Numbered from the stretch's first letter, positions 1 to 9,757 are shown. The stretch: 64,000 nt of DNA from Candidatus Campbellbacteria bacterium (GCA_016699465.1 CP064977.1:74096-138095), one strand, 5' to 3'. Program-made: numbers and translations. Notes: a model not told the origin generated them from the sequence alone.

Positions 1-337
1 AGAGTAATCCTTCGGCTGAACTTTCTCGGTCACCAATAATCTCAAGACGCAACTCGATATCTTTTTTGTAGGGCACTTTACGGGTGTGTGCACGTCGAAC
101 CGTTCCTCCGCGGTGTACTTCGTCAGTAATAAATGAACGTAGCGCGGCAACGTGTTGGGCTGGACAGTGGTGCCTCTTTTCATGTGCGCGGTCTTCTTTT
201 TCGATAGTCAGTGGGCTGGTGAGCCTGAACCCGTAAAAATCAGCAACATCAATTGCTTTTTTTAAATTGCCTGTATATCCATACCACAATGGTTTACTTG
301 ATGCAGTGTCCCGTTGTTGTTGATATGTGTGTGACAT
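1..337 (-). CDS. hypothetical protein, N-terminal 112 codons (gene runs off window edge); weak resemblance to class-II aminoacyl-tRNA-synthetase motif-1 region
   Basis: Open frame on minus strand from ATG at 337..335 to position 2 with no stop; starts 2 nt after lepB stop, consistent with an operon. Not in the ORF track, presumably because it is truncated by the edge; identity not established. Confidence 0.35.
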   Translation of the reverse strand, partial: MSHTYQQQRDTASSKPLWYGYTGNLKKAIDVADFYGFRLTSPLTIEKEDRAHEKRHHCPAQHVAALRSFITDEVHRGGTVRRAHTRKVPYKKDIELRLEIIGDRESSAEGLL

Positions 338-339
338 GG

Positions 340-990
340 TTACTGTGTTGAAGTGGTTGTCGTGTTGGTTTCAAGATAGGTGTGTGAGCCAGGGAAGAGA
401 GATGTGCGTTTGATAGGGAGGAGGCGAACAAGCGCACGACCTGTAATAAATTCTTTTTTAAGTGGTCCCCAAATGCGCGAATCGGAACTTGCGGGACGAT
501 TATCTCCCATGACAAAGTATTCATCTTTTCCGAGAACAATATCCACATTGCCAAATGTTTGATGTGAGAGAAACGCTTCGTCTAAACGAAGCACCTCTGG
601 ATTTTTAGTACTTGTTACAGCGATAGTATTTCCAGTAATGGTAAGGTGTTCTCCTGGAAGTCCGATGATGCGCTTAATAAAATATTTTGATGTGTCCAAC
701 GGATACTTAAAGATGACAACATCTCCGCGTTGTGGGTCTTCAAATCGGTATGATATTTCATCAACAATGAGGTACTCACCATTTTTAAATGTTGGATCCA
801 TGGATGAACCGCTCACAATGAATGGTTGAGCAATAAAAATTCGAATAGGAAGCACAACAAAAACGGCAATAAACACAAAACGAATAATTTCTGATGAAAA
901 ACTACGTGCAATCCAAGAGTGCGCGCTCGTTTCATTTTTTTCAGGAGAATTTTTTTCCGAAGTAATATTTTTTTCGTTTGGATCTAGCAT
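340..990 (-). CDS. lepB: signal peptidase I
   Basis: 216-aa ORF with N-terminal TM segment, catalytic SSMDPTF (Ser) box and GDNRxxSxDSR box. Confidence 0.9.
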   Translation of the reverse strand: MLDPNEKNITSEKNSPEKNETSAHSWIARSFSSEIIRFVFIAVFVVLPIRIFIAQPFIVSGSSMDPTFKNGEYLIVDEISYRFEDPQRGDVVIFKYPLDTSKYFIKRIIGLPGEHLTITGNTIAVTSTKNPEVLRLDEAFLSHQTFGNVDIVLGKDEYFVMGDNRPASSDSRIWGPLKKEFITGRALVRLLPIKRTSLFPGSHTYLETNTTTTSTQ

Positions 991-1108
991 TTCGAGACAA
1001 TTGTATACGCGTGTTCTCCTTGACGCAAGATTTTGTTTCGTGTTGTGGCGTATCTTTTCTTTTTTCTTTAAAAAAGTTGACTGTCTGAAGGTAACAATCT
1101 ACCATGGT

Positions 1109-1708
1109 ATGTGTATGAAATATCTTATTGTTGGTTTAGGTAACCCCGGAGATGAGTACGAACACACGCGACATAATGTTGGACGTGATGTTGTGACGGC
1201 GTTTGCAGAAAAAATGGATTTTAATGCGTTTGAAAAAGAATCAAAAGCCACCGCATTGATTGCAAAAGGAAAAATAACATCCAACATTGTTGAGTGTGTG
1301 CTTCCAGAAACGTTTATGAATAAATCAGGCCTCGCCGTGGCGTATATGGCGAAGGTTCGTAAAATACGACCTGAGTATGTGGTTGTTGTGCACGATGATT
1401 TAGATATTCCGCTAGGATCATTCAAGATTTCATTCGATAGGGGATCGGGAGGACACCGTGGTATTGATTCGGTTATGAAACAATTAAAGACACGCGCGTT
1501 TATTCGTATTCGCGTTGGGGTAACTCCGACAACACCGACAGGAAAATTGCGTAAACCGCAGGGTGAGGAAAAAGTAATAAAATTTATTTTAGGAAAAGTG
1601 GTGAAAGATGACGCACTCGCGCTCAAGAAAGTAACAAAAAAAATAATAGAAGCGTTGGAGAGTATTGTGCTTGAAGGACGTGCACATGCGATGAATGTGT
1701 ACAACTAA
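1109..1708 (+). CDS. pth: peptidyl-tRNA hydrolase
   Basis: MKYLIVGLGNPGxEYxxTRHNVG signature; ORF-track start at 1001 is a TTG far upstream, internal ATGs at 1109/1115 fit the conserved N-terminus. Confidence 0.9.
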   Translation: MCMKYLIVGLGNPGDEYEHTRHNVGRDVVTAFAEKMDFNAFEKESKATALIAKGKITSNIVECVLPETFMNKSGLAVAYMAKVRKIRPEYVVVVHDDLDIPLGSFKISFDRGSGGHRGIDSVMKQLKTRAFIRIRVGVTPTTPTGKLRKPQGEEKVIKFILGKVVKDDALALKKVTKKIIEALESIVLEGRAHAMNVYN

Positions 1709-2012
1709 ATTGTTGCATGAAGTTTTTTTGTGGCGTACAGTCATTTTTAGATTATGTTCATGTGCGCGTTTACAACTCATGGGAGGGTTGGGTGTGAGTG
1801 ATACGCAAGAACTTTGTTTTCATAACGGAGATAAACAGTTTACTCCAGTCTCTATGGAAGATGGTCAATGGGGAATGATTTGGATTGAGTGTGCCATATG
1901 TAAGGCTTTTCTTGTGGCCCGCGCTGTTCCATTCAATCCCTGTGAACACCCTGGGGGTATGGACAAAGCGCTAATTTTTTTGGGGTGTGTTCAAGAACCG
2001 TTCCTTGTATAG
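1695..2012 (+). CDS. hypothetical Cys-rich small protein (doubtful)
   Basis: 105-aa ORF overlapping pth stop by 14 nt and lying before the terminator at 2027; no SD, no recognisable family. Confidence 0.25.
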   Translation: MCTTKLLHEVFLWRTVIFRLCSCARLQLMGGLGVSDTQELCFHNGDKQFTPVSMEDGQWGMIWIECAICKAFLVARAVPFNPCEHPGGMDKALIFLGCVQEPFLV

Positions 2013-2026
2013 GTGCGACAAAACAA

Positions 2027-2052
2027 AACGCCATCTCGGATGAGATGGCGTT
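2027..2052. terminator. bidirectional rho-independent terminator between pth region and rpsA
   Basis: Perfect 11-bp stem aacgccatctc/gagatggcgtt with GGAT loop, T-rich tract on both sides. Confidence 0.7.
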
Positions 2053-2070
2053 CGTTCTTTGTACTACTAA

Positions 2071-3129
2071 TTATTTTGCATTTGCTCCTGTGTAGGAGAG
2101 TGTCATACGTTGATCTTTTGGATCAAAAAGATTGATTTTGAACGCGTATGATTTACCAAGCTCTAATGTTTCGCGTAGTTTTTCGATTGATTCAAACTCT
2201 GAAACGTGGACCAAACCAGCAACACCTTCTTCGATAGATGCGAGTGCACCGTGTTTGTTGTACTTAATGATGACAGCTTGAACAATGTCATCTTTTGCAA
2301 ATTTCTTTGCGGCCGCCCCCCACGGATTTTCTTTGAGTGCTTTGACTGAAAGGGAAATTTTTCCATCCTTCACTTCAATAATACGTGCGCGAACTTTTTC
2401 TCCGACAGTAAATATTTTTCGTGGGTTATCAACGAGACCCCAATCGAGTTCAGAAATGTGTGCAAGACCTTCAAGTCCATCTTCAACTTTTATAAAGACT
2501 CCGAAGTCAACAATGCCTGTAATTTCACCTTCAACATCGTCGCCAACGGCATACTTAGAAACAAGTACTTGTTTTTCTTTTTGGTCAGTGCCTTTTTCTG
2601 AGAAGATAAGTTTTCCTTCTTTTGGATCTGCGGTAATAAGTGTTACTTGGAGTGTTTGACCAACAAGTTTTTGCAATTCATCAAAGATGCGGTCCTTATC
2701 GCCACCTTCAACACGAGGGTAGTTGTCTGTTGAGAGTTGTGATGCAGGGAGAAATCCAGCAATTCCTTGCCATTCAAGAATAAGACCACCTTTGTTTGCT
2801 TCCTTAATAGGAAGCACAAATGAAATTTTTTCTCGGACAGCCTTTTCTGCCTCGCTCCAGATGAGTGCTTGACGCGCCTCGCGGAGAGATAATTCAAAAT
2901 ACCCGTCAGCGTTGTTAATATCAACAACGGTTGCGGTTACTTCATTTCCAATTGAAATGTTTTTGATAATGTCTCGTGCGTTATTGAATTCGCGTCCGAA
3001 AATAATTCCAGTACCAAATGGTGCAATATCGACAAAGACAGATGATTTGTGCAATGCGATAACGTGTCCTTCAACAATATCTCCCACGACTGGTGGGTTT
3101 TTTGTCTGAATGAGAAATTCATTCATCAT
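2071..3129 (-). CDS. rpsA: 30S ribosomal protein S1 (four S1 domains)
   Basis: Repeated S1-domain pattern (GxVxGxV...FGAFV...GLLHISE); start placed at MMNEF with AAGAAGG SD 9 nt upstream; ORF-track start 3213 is probably too far upstream. Confidence 0.88.
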   Translation of the reverse strand: MMNEFLIQTKNPPVVGDIVEGHVIALHKSSVFVDIAPFGTGIIFGREFNNARDIIKNISIGNEVTATVVDINNADGYFELSLREARQALIWSEAEKAVREKISFVLPIKEANKGGLILEWQGIAGFLPASQLSTDNYPRVEGGDKDRIFDELQKLVGQTLQVTLITADPKEGKLIFSEKGTDQKEKQVLVSKYAVGDDVEGEITGIVDFGVFIKVEDGLEGLAHISELDWGLVDNPRKIFTVGEKVRARIIEVKDGKISLSVKALKENPWGAAAKKFAKDDIVQAVIIKYNKHGALASIEEGVAGLVHVSEFESIEKLRETLELGKSYAFKINLFDPKDQRMTLSYTGANAK

Positions 3130-3392
3130 GTGGTCTGCCTTCTTGTCTTTAACATCCCCATCATCTGGTGATGTGTGCGTGCGTGTTGTCATAATATGTC
3201 TAATGTTGTGCAACGTCTTAGTGTGGAATTACGTGTACGTAATTCACTTCCATGTGTCGTTGCAAACAAAAAAGGGGAGTAAGCCCCATGGTGACCCGTC
3301 ATGCGACGGCATTCCTCATATTAGGCTTGTTTAATAATAAATACCTCTATCCCCCTGATAAAGGTTTGAGTATTCTATCACTGAAAAACGCT

Positions 3393-3809
3393 TTAGGCAA
3401 TTAGCCCCTTTTCTTTTGGGAGTACGATATAAAGAATAATGAATGTAAGTAGTGTAAGTTGGATTGAAGGCGTGAGACCGACATGTATGAACGGAAGAAG
3501 GGGCATAGCTTTTGTATATGCCCAGCGTCCTGTGTTGAGTGCATATAGTTCAAGTGCGATTGCAAACATAAATGCAACAAGTGTTGGAAGTACGAGCCTC
3601 CATTTTAATCGTGAGAAAAAAAGAGAGGGAAGTGCGATGAGTGTGATGAAGGTTGCGTCAAAAAGTGCTGCGTGCAAAAGAATGGAGTCTGTTATGGCTC
3701 CACCTTGATAGTGCACATACAACACAGAGTGTGCGTATTCCCACATAAGGTTGAGAAAAAAGGCGAGGAGGAAAATAAGAGGAAAGCGAGCGAGGTGTCT
3801 CATGTTCAT
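3393..3809 (-). CDS. hypothetical polytopic membrane protein
   Basis: 138 aa with four hydrophobic helices; no family recognised. Confidence 0.55.
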   Translation of the reverse strand: MNMRHLARFPLIFLLAFFLNLMWEYAHSVLYVHYQGGAITDSILLHAALFDATFITLIALPSLFFSRLKWRLVLPTLVAFMFAIALELYALNTGRWAYTKAMPLLPFIHVGLTPSIQLTLLTFIILYIVLPKEKGLIA

Positions 3810-3886
3810 AGTATATGTTCAAAATATTTTTTATTAAGAGACACCGTAGGGTATACAATACCACCACAGAAGTTGCTCTGTGGTGG

Positions 3887-4609
3887 TCACAAGATGGCAT
3901 TACGCCGTAGACGAAACCCTCTCCGTTGAAGATTTCTCTGAACCTGAGAGATTTCTTCGTGAGGAAGAACCATCATAACGGGGAACCGCACTTCTTGAGT
4001 GGTGAAAAGATCAAGTTCCATCGCGACGGTTATTTTTCCAGAGAGTGTTCCGAGTATGCTCGGCGCGAAGTTAAGTACTCGGAATCCTGCAATTGGATGT
4101 TCACCAAAAATTGGTGCAAACGTTTTGCACGGCAGGTCAATGGTTTCCATTCCAAGGTGTCCGAGGATACTTTTTTTCGAAAGAGGTCTCGTTTCTCGCC
4201 AGTCCTTCACAACGGAGAAATCGACCAAGAGGCACCATAACGTGTGTTCCGCAAGGAAACGTTGGACAGCCACTTCTTCTGAGTGTGCTGCAAGCTCTGT
4301 TTGTCGTTTACCATCGCGTGTTTGCCGACGATTTTCATACGAAAACAAAGCGTACCAGATTCGCCTAAATGGGAAACTGTTTAATCTTGCGTACTTTTCG
4401 ATTTGGTCCACAGAGAGTCGGAATCCATATGGGCTACGAAACCCCGAGGCTTTCACTTCGATTGATGTTTCTGACCGCCACAGACAGACGTCTCCGTTTG
4501 TGTCTTGTGTCAGATTTCCACCAAATATGTTATGCGCGAGTCGTTCGTAAAAGTTGCCGACTATGGTTTGTTTGTGTCCGAGAACAAAGGTCTCACCTGT
4601 GTCGCTCAT
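3887..4609 (-). CDS. hypothetical protein with possible PD-(D/E)xK nuclease-like motif
   Basis: 240 aa; GAGAGG SD 5 nt before ATG at 4609; motif GDVCLWRSETSIEVK fits D...ExK; GC content (about 48%) higher than flanking host genes. Confidence 0.5.
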   Translation of the reverse strand: MSDTGETFVLGHKQTIVGNFYERLAHNIFGGNLTQDTNGDVCLWRSETSIEVKASGFRSPYGFRLSVDQIEKYARLNSFPFRRIWYALFSYENRRQTRDGKRQTELAAHSEEVAVQRFLAEHTLWCLLVDFSVVKDWRETRPLSKKSILGHLGMETIDLPCKTFAPIFGEHPIAGFRVLNFAPSILGTLSGKITVAMELDLFTTQEVRFPVMMVLPHEEISQVQRNLQRRGFRLRRNAIL

Positions 4610-4869
4610 ACACACCTCTCTTTCTTAATTATTCTTTGGTAAGTGTATCAGAAAAAATTTAAAAGAGGTATTGGCATAGGATAGAAAAATGCGTATACTG
4701 TTACCCAGGTGTACATTATTGTACACCGCACATTCCTCGGTAAGTCCGGCTAACGCCGGCCTTCCTCCGACGGCGCTCGGATAACATGAAAGCAAGCTTT
4801 CGTGTTACTCCTCGTTTGTTGTAGTAGCTCATGACATGAGCCTCGAGGAAAGAATACATGTAGCAATAT

Positions 4870-4942
4870 TCCTCGGTAGCTCAGCGGTAGAGCGGCGCCC
4901 TGTTAAGGCGATGGTCGTAGGTTCGATCCCTACCCGAGGAGC
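4870..4942 (+). tRNA. tRNA-Asn (anticodon GTT)
   Basis: 73-nt cloverleaf: acceptor tcctcgg/ccgagga, D-arm gctc/gagc, anticodon loop cuGUUaa, T-arm gtagg-ttcgatc-cctac; one G-A mismatch at 27:43. Confidence 0.85.
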
Positions 4943-4983
4943 AAATGGTATTACATGGGATTTCTTGGGATAATAGAAATACC

Positions 4984-5414
4984 ATGATGTCGAAAAAAAA
5001 CCAAGTGACTTCAATAAACGATTCGATATCGTTGGATGTTTTATTGAACATGACGGAAATTTTTTACTCTTGTGCCGGCACCCTCACAAAGCAAGCGGTT
5101 GCAAATGGGGTCTTCCTGCCGGCAAAATGGATATAGGCGAAAATACTCTACAAGCAGTACTTCGTGAGACGCAGGAAGAAACTGGACTGGCACTTCCTGG
5201 TGAATCGGTTGAGTATTACGATTCGTTGTACGTTCGAGACGGTGATTTTGATATTGAATGGCACATGTTTGCAACAAAACTAAACGACCGACCGACTGTA
5301 ACGATCAGCCCACATGAACATTCGGACTATCGTTGGGTGACACCCGAGGAAGCATTAGAAATGGACCTCATACACGACCTGGCAGAATCAATCAGATTGT
5401 TCTACCAGAGATAG
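4984..5414 (+). pseudogene. NUDIX hydrolase gene interrupted by a frameshift in an A8 homopolymer (4993-5000)
   Basis: Frame A gives MMSKKNQV...; frame B from 4977 gives RFDIVGCFIEHDGNFLLLCRHPHKASGCKWGLPAGKMDIGENTLQAVLRETQEETGL with a canonical Nudix box. Frame B has no ATG/GTG start; one extra A in the A8 run would fuse both into an intact protein of about 143 aa. Confidence 0.7.
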
Positions 5415-5680
5415 GATTTATACAGCTACAAAGACCCCATTCGCCGTAAAGAAGGTTCGAGGGTTGGAAGTCCCTTCTACTGGGGCTATACCCGCATCAG
5501 AGTCATTCGTGATGGAGAGACGGCAATCTGCTGTGGGTCAACTACAGCTACAGGTAGGGGCTCGTTTTTAAATACTCGAATATTTCAACGATGCGGACAA
5601 CCAGCCCAACAACAAAGACCTACGCACTTAACCTTTAAAAGATGCCTGACCCCATTTCCCAAAAGTATTCAAAGGTATTG

Positions 5681-6643
5681 CTAATGATTTAAACGACCAG
5701 AGTTGATGATTCCGACTGCGCGAGACAATGTGTCATATTTTTTGTGCAGCTCAAGCAATTGTTCCGTTGTAATAGTTGTTCCAGTACCAAGAGTTTTTAG
5801 TTGAGACAAAATCAATGAGAGATCCTTTTTTGCCGCAGACCTTTCCGAACTTTCCATTGCTTCTTTTTCAGTTTGAATAGCAAGAAGAAGTTCCAAATTG
5901 TGGTTTGTTTCAAAGGTAGTGAACAACGTTTCAATGTTTTTGATTTCTGGGTTTTTGATTTCTGGCTCAGTGTCTCTCAAACGCGCACGGTACATCTCCT
6001 TGTGTGCCTTTTTTTCTTCTTCAAATAAAGTGAGCAATCTTTCAAAATGCGTTTTGCACACACCTCGTATTTTTTCGTCGCGCACTCGCCCAATGGCTTC
6101 TAGAAGTGCTTCTTTGTCAAAAAGAAGTTCGAGCTCATCTGGTTGTCCGGGCTTCGGTTCCCATGGTGCAAAGATCTCAAGGTAGTTCACATCCCCCTGT
6201 TCACTTCTAGTATAGTTACCAACATTTTCGTCAATATTAAAACCGAGCCCGATACTTTCAAGTTCTAAAGCGACCTCGGACATCTCCGTCCCCATTTCCT
6301 GGATCATTTTTTTTCCTGCTTCCTCCGAGTCGATACCGAGAAGACGTTCTTTTTGTAATAACGCGTGTCCTGGTGTGTGCGCAACACGTTCTCGGTCAAA
6401 TGTTTGTTGGCCATCAATAGATTCTCCTGCCTGATATATATCTGGCACGTGTTGGGGAAGGAGTAGGTGAACTATTTTTGTTAGGTAAAAAGTACCCTTG
6501 AGTTTGTTCGGTGTGTCTTTTTTCTCTTTTCCTTTTATAACAGAAATAACCTCCTTTGTGTTTGTAGGGTTAACAAAGGTTTCTTTCTCATCTCCCACAC
6601 CAAGTGGTTTTTGGCTTCCTGATTCGAATGAACCCAGTCTCAT
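5681..6643 (-). CDS. hypothetical protein
   Basis: 320-aa ORF with coding-like composition; no family recognised. Confidence 0.55.
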   Translation of the reverse strand: MRLGSFESGSQKPLGVGDEKETFVNPTNTKEVISVIKGKEKKDTPNKLKGTFYLTKIVHLLLPQHVPDIYQAGESIDGQQTFDRERVAHTPGHALLQKERLLGIDSEEAGKKMIQEMGTEMSEVALELESIGLGFNIDENVGNYTRSEQGDVNYLEIFAPWEPKPGQPDELELLFDKEALLEAIGRVRDEKIRGVCKTHFERLLTLFEEEKKAHKEMYRARLRDTEPEIKNPEIKNIETLFTTFETNHNLELLLAIQTEKEAMESSERSAAKKDLSLILSQLKTLGTGTTITTEQLLELHKKYDTLSRAVGIINSGRLNH

Positions 6644-6953
6644 ATCTTTTCATTGTATCGGAATTAGTATTTGAAGTAAAACGTTAGCCACGTTCCTGTG
6701 TGTACCAAGGTTTGTCCGAAATGATATGGAATAGCCAAAAAATAGTGCCAAAGCCCTCCTTAGATGATGGATATTCAAGAACTCTTGCCGTACAAATAGA
6801 CCGCTGATTTTAGTTCTGAAGTGCCACCATTGGAAACATCTCAAAAATCTGAGAAAACTCAATATCTCTTTGTATCTGAATCCAGTTAAGGGTTCTGAAC
6901 TCGTCCATTAGAGGGAGCAAGAAACAGTTAAGTCACCTCCTAGTGTCAGTAAT

Positions 6954-6982
6954 TTGACATATATGGATTATATTTATATGAT
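6954..6982 (+). promoter_or_regulatory. sigma70-like promoter (TTGACA-17-TATGAT) for the GC-rich small gene at 7049
   Basis: Consensus -35 at 6954-6959, 17-nt spacer, -10 TATGAT at 6977-6982. Confidence 0.5.
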
Positions 6983-7048
6983 ACTTACATCGTGGAATGT
7001 TTCTACGGCACGCTTCTGTGAAGCGTAATGAAAGAAGAGGAGCTTATT

Positions 7049-7279
7049 ATGATCGCGAAGTTCGAATACTCGCCGATCTCGGCTGGCACGAAGGTGAGAA
7101 CCACCCAGCCAAACATGAGGCTCCGCAAGGAGTGGAGCGACGAGGCTTGGGAAAAGCGCAAATGGGGTGTTCGAGGGACCGTGGTCATTCATCACGATTC
7201 CCACGGTCTGTGCTACGACGTTCGACACGATGACGGAACCGAGGGTTGTTATGACCCTTCGGAACTGGAAGTCGTGTAG
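7049..7279 (+). CDS. small GC-rich hypothetical protein (76 aa)
   Basis: GAAGAGGAG SD before ATG 7049; followed by terminator; local GC about 58% against a host level of about 42%. The antisense ORF 6974..7318 is rejected. Confidence 0.5.
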   Translation: MIAKFEYSPISAGTKVRTTQPNMRLRKEWSDEAWEKRKWGVRGTVVIHHDSHGLCYDVRHDDGTEGCYDPSELEVV

Positions 7280-7290
7280 ACACGCAACCA

Positions 7291-7335
7291 AAGCAATTCC
7301 GAGCCGCACTGGCAACAAACTGGTGCGGCTCTTTT
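7291..7335 (+). terminator. rho-independent terminator
   Basis: gagccgcac-loop-gtgcggctc followed by TTTTCT. Confidence 0.6.
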
Positions 7336-7422
7336 CTATATTAAAGTTGGTGTTCTTATGGAGTAGGGATCGAACTGTAGGTCCTAATTTTTAATGACTG
7401 CAAGGAATATAAAAGTGGTTTT

Positions 7423-8439
7423 TTACAAAAGATTTTTGCGATCAAAATGTGAACGCTCGGCTTCTTCAACGACACGCACCATTGTCTGTACAGCTTCAAG
7501 AGGATACTCGCCTGACGCCGTTTCGTCCGAAAGCATAACAGCGTCGGTCCCGTCCCATACTGCTTGGGCAATATCAGATACTTCAGCGCGTGTTGGGTGC
7601 GAATGCGTCACCATCGAGAAAAGCATTTGTGTTGCGGTAATACTTGCTTTGTTGTGCCAGATTGCATGTCGAATAAGATTTTTTTGTACAAAGGGAACTT
7701 GTTCGATAGGCATCTCAATTCCAAGATCTCCGCGCGCAATCATGATTGCATCTGATGCCGAAATAATTGCATCAATGTCTTTGAGTGCGAGGTGCGTTTC
7801 TATTTTTGAAATAATCTTTGCTTGTGTATGTACCACTTCACGGAGCATCTGTACGTCTTTTGCACTCTGCACAAATGAAATAGCGACATACTCAACACCT
7901 TCTTGAAGGGCAAACGCGACATCTTTGTAATCTTTGTCGGTAAGTCCTGACATGGTTAGTTTGGTGTGCGGCACATTGACGCCTTTGCGGGAAAAGAGAA
8001 CTCCTTCTCGAACAACTTCGCAGGTGATTCGTCTTTCATCAATACTTCGTACCACAAGCTCCATTTCTCCGTTGGCGAGCAATATGGGATCACCAACACT
8101 AATGTCTGCGTGAAGGTAGGGTTCATCAATATGAATAATGCACTCGTCTGTTTCTTCTGCGGTTGAAAACGTGACCATTTCACCCGTGCGGAGCATACGT
8201 CCTTCTTTTGGAAGAGTTCCGACGCGTATACGAGGACCTTGAAGGTCTTGCATGACCGCTAGAGGTATGCCAAGTTCTTTACTTGCACGTTGAATGTTTC
8301 TTCGACGTTCACGATATTCGTCATACGTACAATGAGAAAAGTTCATACGGAAAATAGAAACACCTGCTTCTGCAAATGCTTTAATCATTTCAAAACTTTC
8401 TGATTTTGGACCGATGGTTGCAATTATTTTTGTACGCAT
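7423..8439 (-). CDS. pyk: pyruvate kinase, short form lacking the C-terminal regulatory domain
   Basis: MRTKIIATIGP N-terminus, MIARGDLGIE active-site region, about 339 aa. Confidence 0.9.
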   Translation of the reverse strand: MRTKIIATIGPKSESFEMIKAFAEAGVSIFRMNFSHCTYDEYRERRRNIQRASKELGIPLAVMQDLQGPRIRVGTLPKEGRMLRTGEMVTFSTAEETDECIIHIDEPYLHADISVGDPILLANGEMELVVRSIDERRITCEVVREGVLFSRKGVNVPHTKLTMSGLTDKDYKDVAFALQEGVEYVAISFVQSAKDVQMLREVVHTQAKIISKIETHLALKDIDAIISASDAIMIARGDLGIEMPIEQVPFVQKNLIRHAIWHNKASITATQMLFSMVTHSHPTRAEVSDIAQAVWDGTDAVMLSDETASGEYPLEAVQTMVRVVEEAERSHFDRKNLL

Positions 8440-8545
8440 AGCTTTTATTTTTATGTATAGGACCATAGATACTACACGAAAATATTAAAAAAAGAAATCT
8501 ACACATAGAGAGCATATAGAATAATGTGTTGTCCTTGGTATATGC

Positions 8546-9757
8546 GTGTATACTGTGTATATGCAAAAGACAAAAATTCTCATTCTGTTAACTGTTTTTA
8601 TTGATGTTATCGGATTGGGGATAGTAATTCCTATTTTGCCGTTTTACGTTGCAACATTCACGAATTCAGCGATTATCATGACGTCACTGTTTGCTATGTA
8701 CGCACTTTTTTCATTTTTGAGTGCGCCTGTTATCGGTGCGCTTTCAGATAGAATTGGTCGTCGGCCGATGCTCATTATGAGTATTTTTAGTACGGCGATT
8801 GGGTGGTTTGTATTTGCAGGGGCAACAAATCTTATATTTTTGTTTTTGGGGCGAATTATTGATGGGGTAATGGCTGGTAATTTTCCTATCGCACAAAGTT
8901 ATTTGTCTGATATCGCGCGAGATGAAAAAGAACGCACGGCAAACATGGGGCTCATTGGTGCTGTGTTTGGTATTGGTTTTATTCTCGGACCGTTTCTTGG
9001 AGGAGTGCTGGGTAGTATTGGACACACTGTTCCGTTTTGGTGTGTGGGTGCCCTTGCACTCTTCAACGGAATCCTCGCACTCTTTATCTTGCCCGAAACA
9101 CATCATGTACGAAGTGCGGCACCAATAAGTATTAATCCATTTACACCACTCTCACGTGCAATTCACAACGGTGCGCTCAGAAGTAACTACCTTGCCTGGT
9201 TTCTGTTTGGTTTAGCTATTGCAAGTTACCAAGCCATTTTCTCACTCTACCTCCGAGATGTGTTTCACTTCACTGAATTAACAGGGGGTTTCATTTTTGG
9301 CGCTATAGGTATTATCATCGCGTTAAATCAAGGTGTTGCAATGAAGCATGTGTGGTTGAAATATTTTAAACGGCCCGCACTTGAGCTGGGCACGCTCGCA
9401 GTATTTGCGGTTGGATTTGTGCTGATGGGGATACCGGTCTTCTTTGTGTTTTGTGCCGCGATACTCTTGACGACCGTTGGGCAATCTATTTTGCGGGGGG
9501 TTATGACAAGTCAGGTGGTTGGCAAAACGCCACCGCTTCAGCGTGGGGAAGTGCTTGGTATTATGTCCTCCATTGCATCGCTCAGTATGGTTATTGGGCC
9601 GTTTCTCTCAGGAGCGTTGTATGAAAAAAGTAGTACACTCCCTTTTATGTTTGGTGCACTGTGCGTAGCATTTGCATTTGTTGTGTTGTACATCAAGAGG
9701 CGTGAATTGAGCGATGGTGAATTGCCTGAAGATGTCGTTTTGGAGTCGGTGGTATAG
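8546..9757 (+). CDS. MFS transporter (TetA/drug-H+ antiporter-like)
   Basis: 12 predicted TM helices, MFS motif GALSDRIGRRP between TM2 and TM3; start uncertain (GTG 8546 or ATG 8561). Confidence 0.85.
   Translation: MYTVYMQKTKILILLTVFIDVIGLGIVIPILPFYVATFTNSAIIMTSLFAMYALFSFLSAPVIGALSDRIGRRPMLIMSIFSTAIGWFVFAGATNLIFLFLGRIIDGVMAGNFPIAQSYLSDIARDEKERTANMGLIGAVFGIGFILGPFLGGVLGSIGHTVPFWCVGALALFNGILALFILPETHHVRSAAPISINPFTPLSRAIHNGALRSNYLAWFLFGLAIASYQAIFSLYLRDVFHFTELTGGFIFGAIGIIIALNQGVAMKHVWLKYFKRPALELGTLAVFAVGFVLMGIPVFFVFCAAILLTTVGQSILRGVMTSQVVGKTPPLQRGEVLGIMSSIASLSMVIGPFLSGALYEKSSTLPFMFGALCVAFAFVVLYIKRRELSDGELPEDVVLESVV

Noticed and set aside
4829-5014. 61-aa minus-strand ORF (VGIEPTTIALTGRRSTAELPRN...) and similar ORFs at 20535-20735, 20771-21163, 25152-25229 and 58361-58630
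   Set aside because: They are translations across tRNA genes or the structured ncRNA. The peptide GIEPTT/GFEPS is the classic tRNA T-arm artefact.
6650-6862. 70-aa minus-strand ORF downstream of the 5681-6643 gene
   Set aside because: It has aromatic/Arg-rich low-complexity composition and no SD. It lies in an AT-rich region that looks intergenic (promoter of the 7049 gene).
6974-7318. Antisense ORFs inside GC-rich genes (also 53387-53794, 53298-53816, 26735-27301, 26913-27272, 29102-29503, 29220-29537, 28619-28917, 60518-60857, 60948-61367, 48721-49288)
   Set aside because: High GC inflates ORF length on all frames. These give Arg/Gly/Pro-rich low-complexity peptides and lack an SD, and the partner strand has an SD and sensible composition.
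7355-7385. 13-nt match to the tRNA-Asn T-arm (gttcgatccctac) on the minus strand
   Set aside because: It is too short, with no surrounding cloverleaf. It is possibly an att remnant but cannot be supported.
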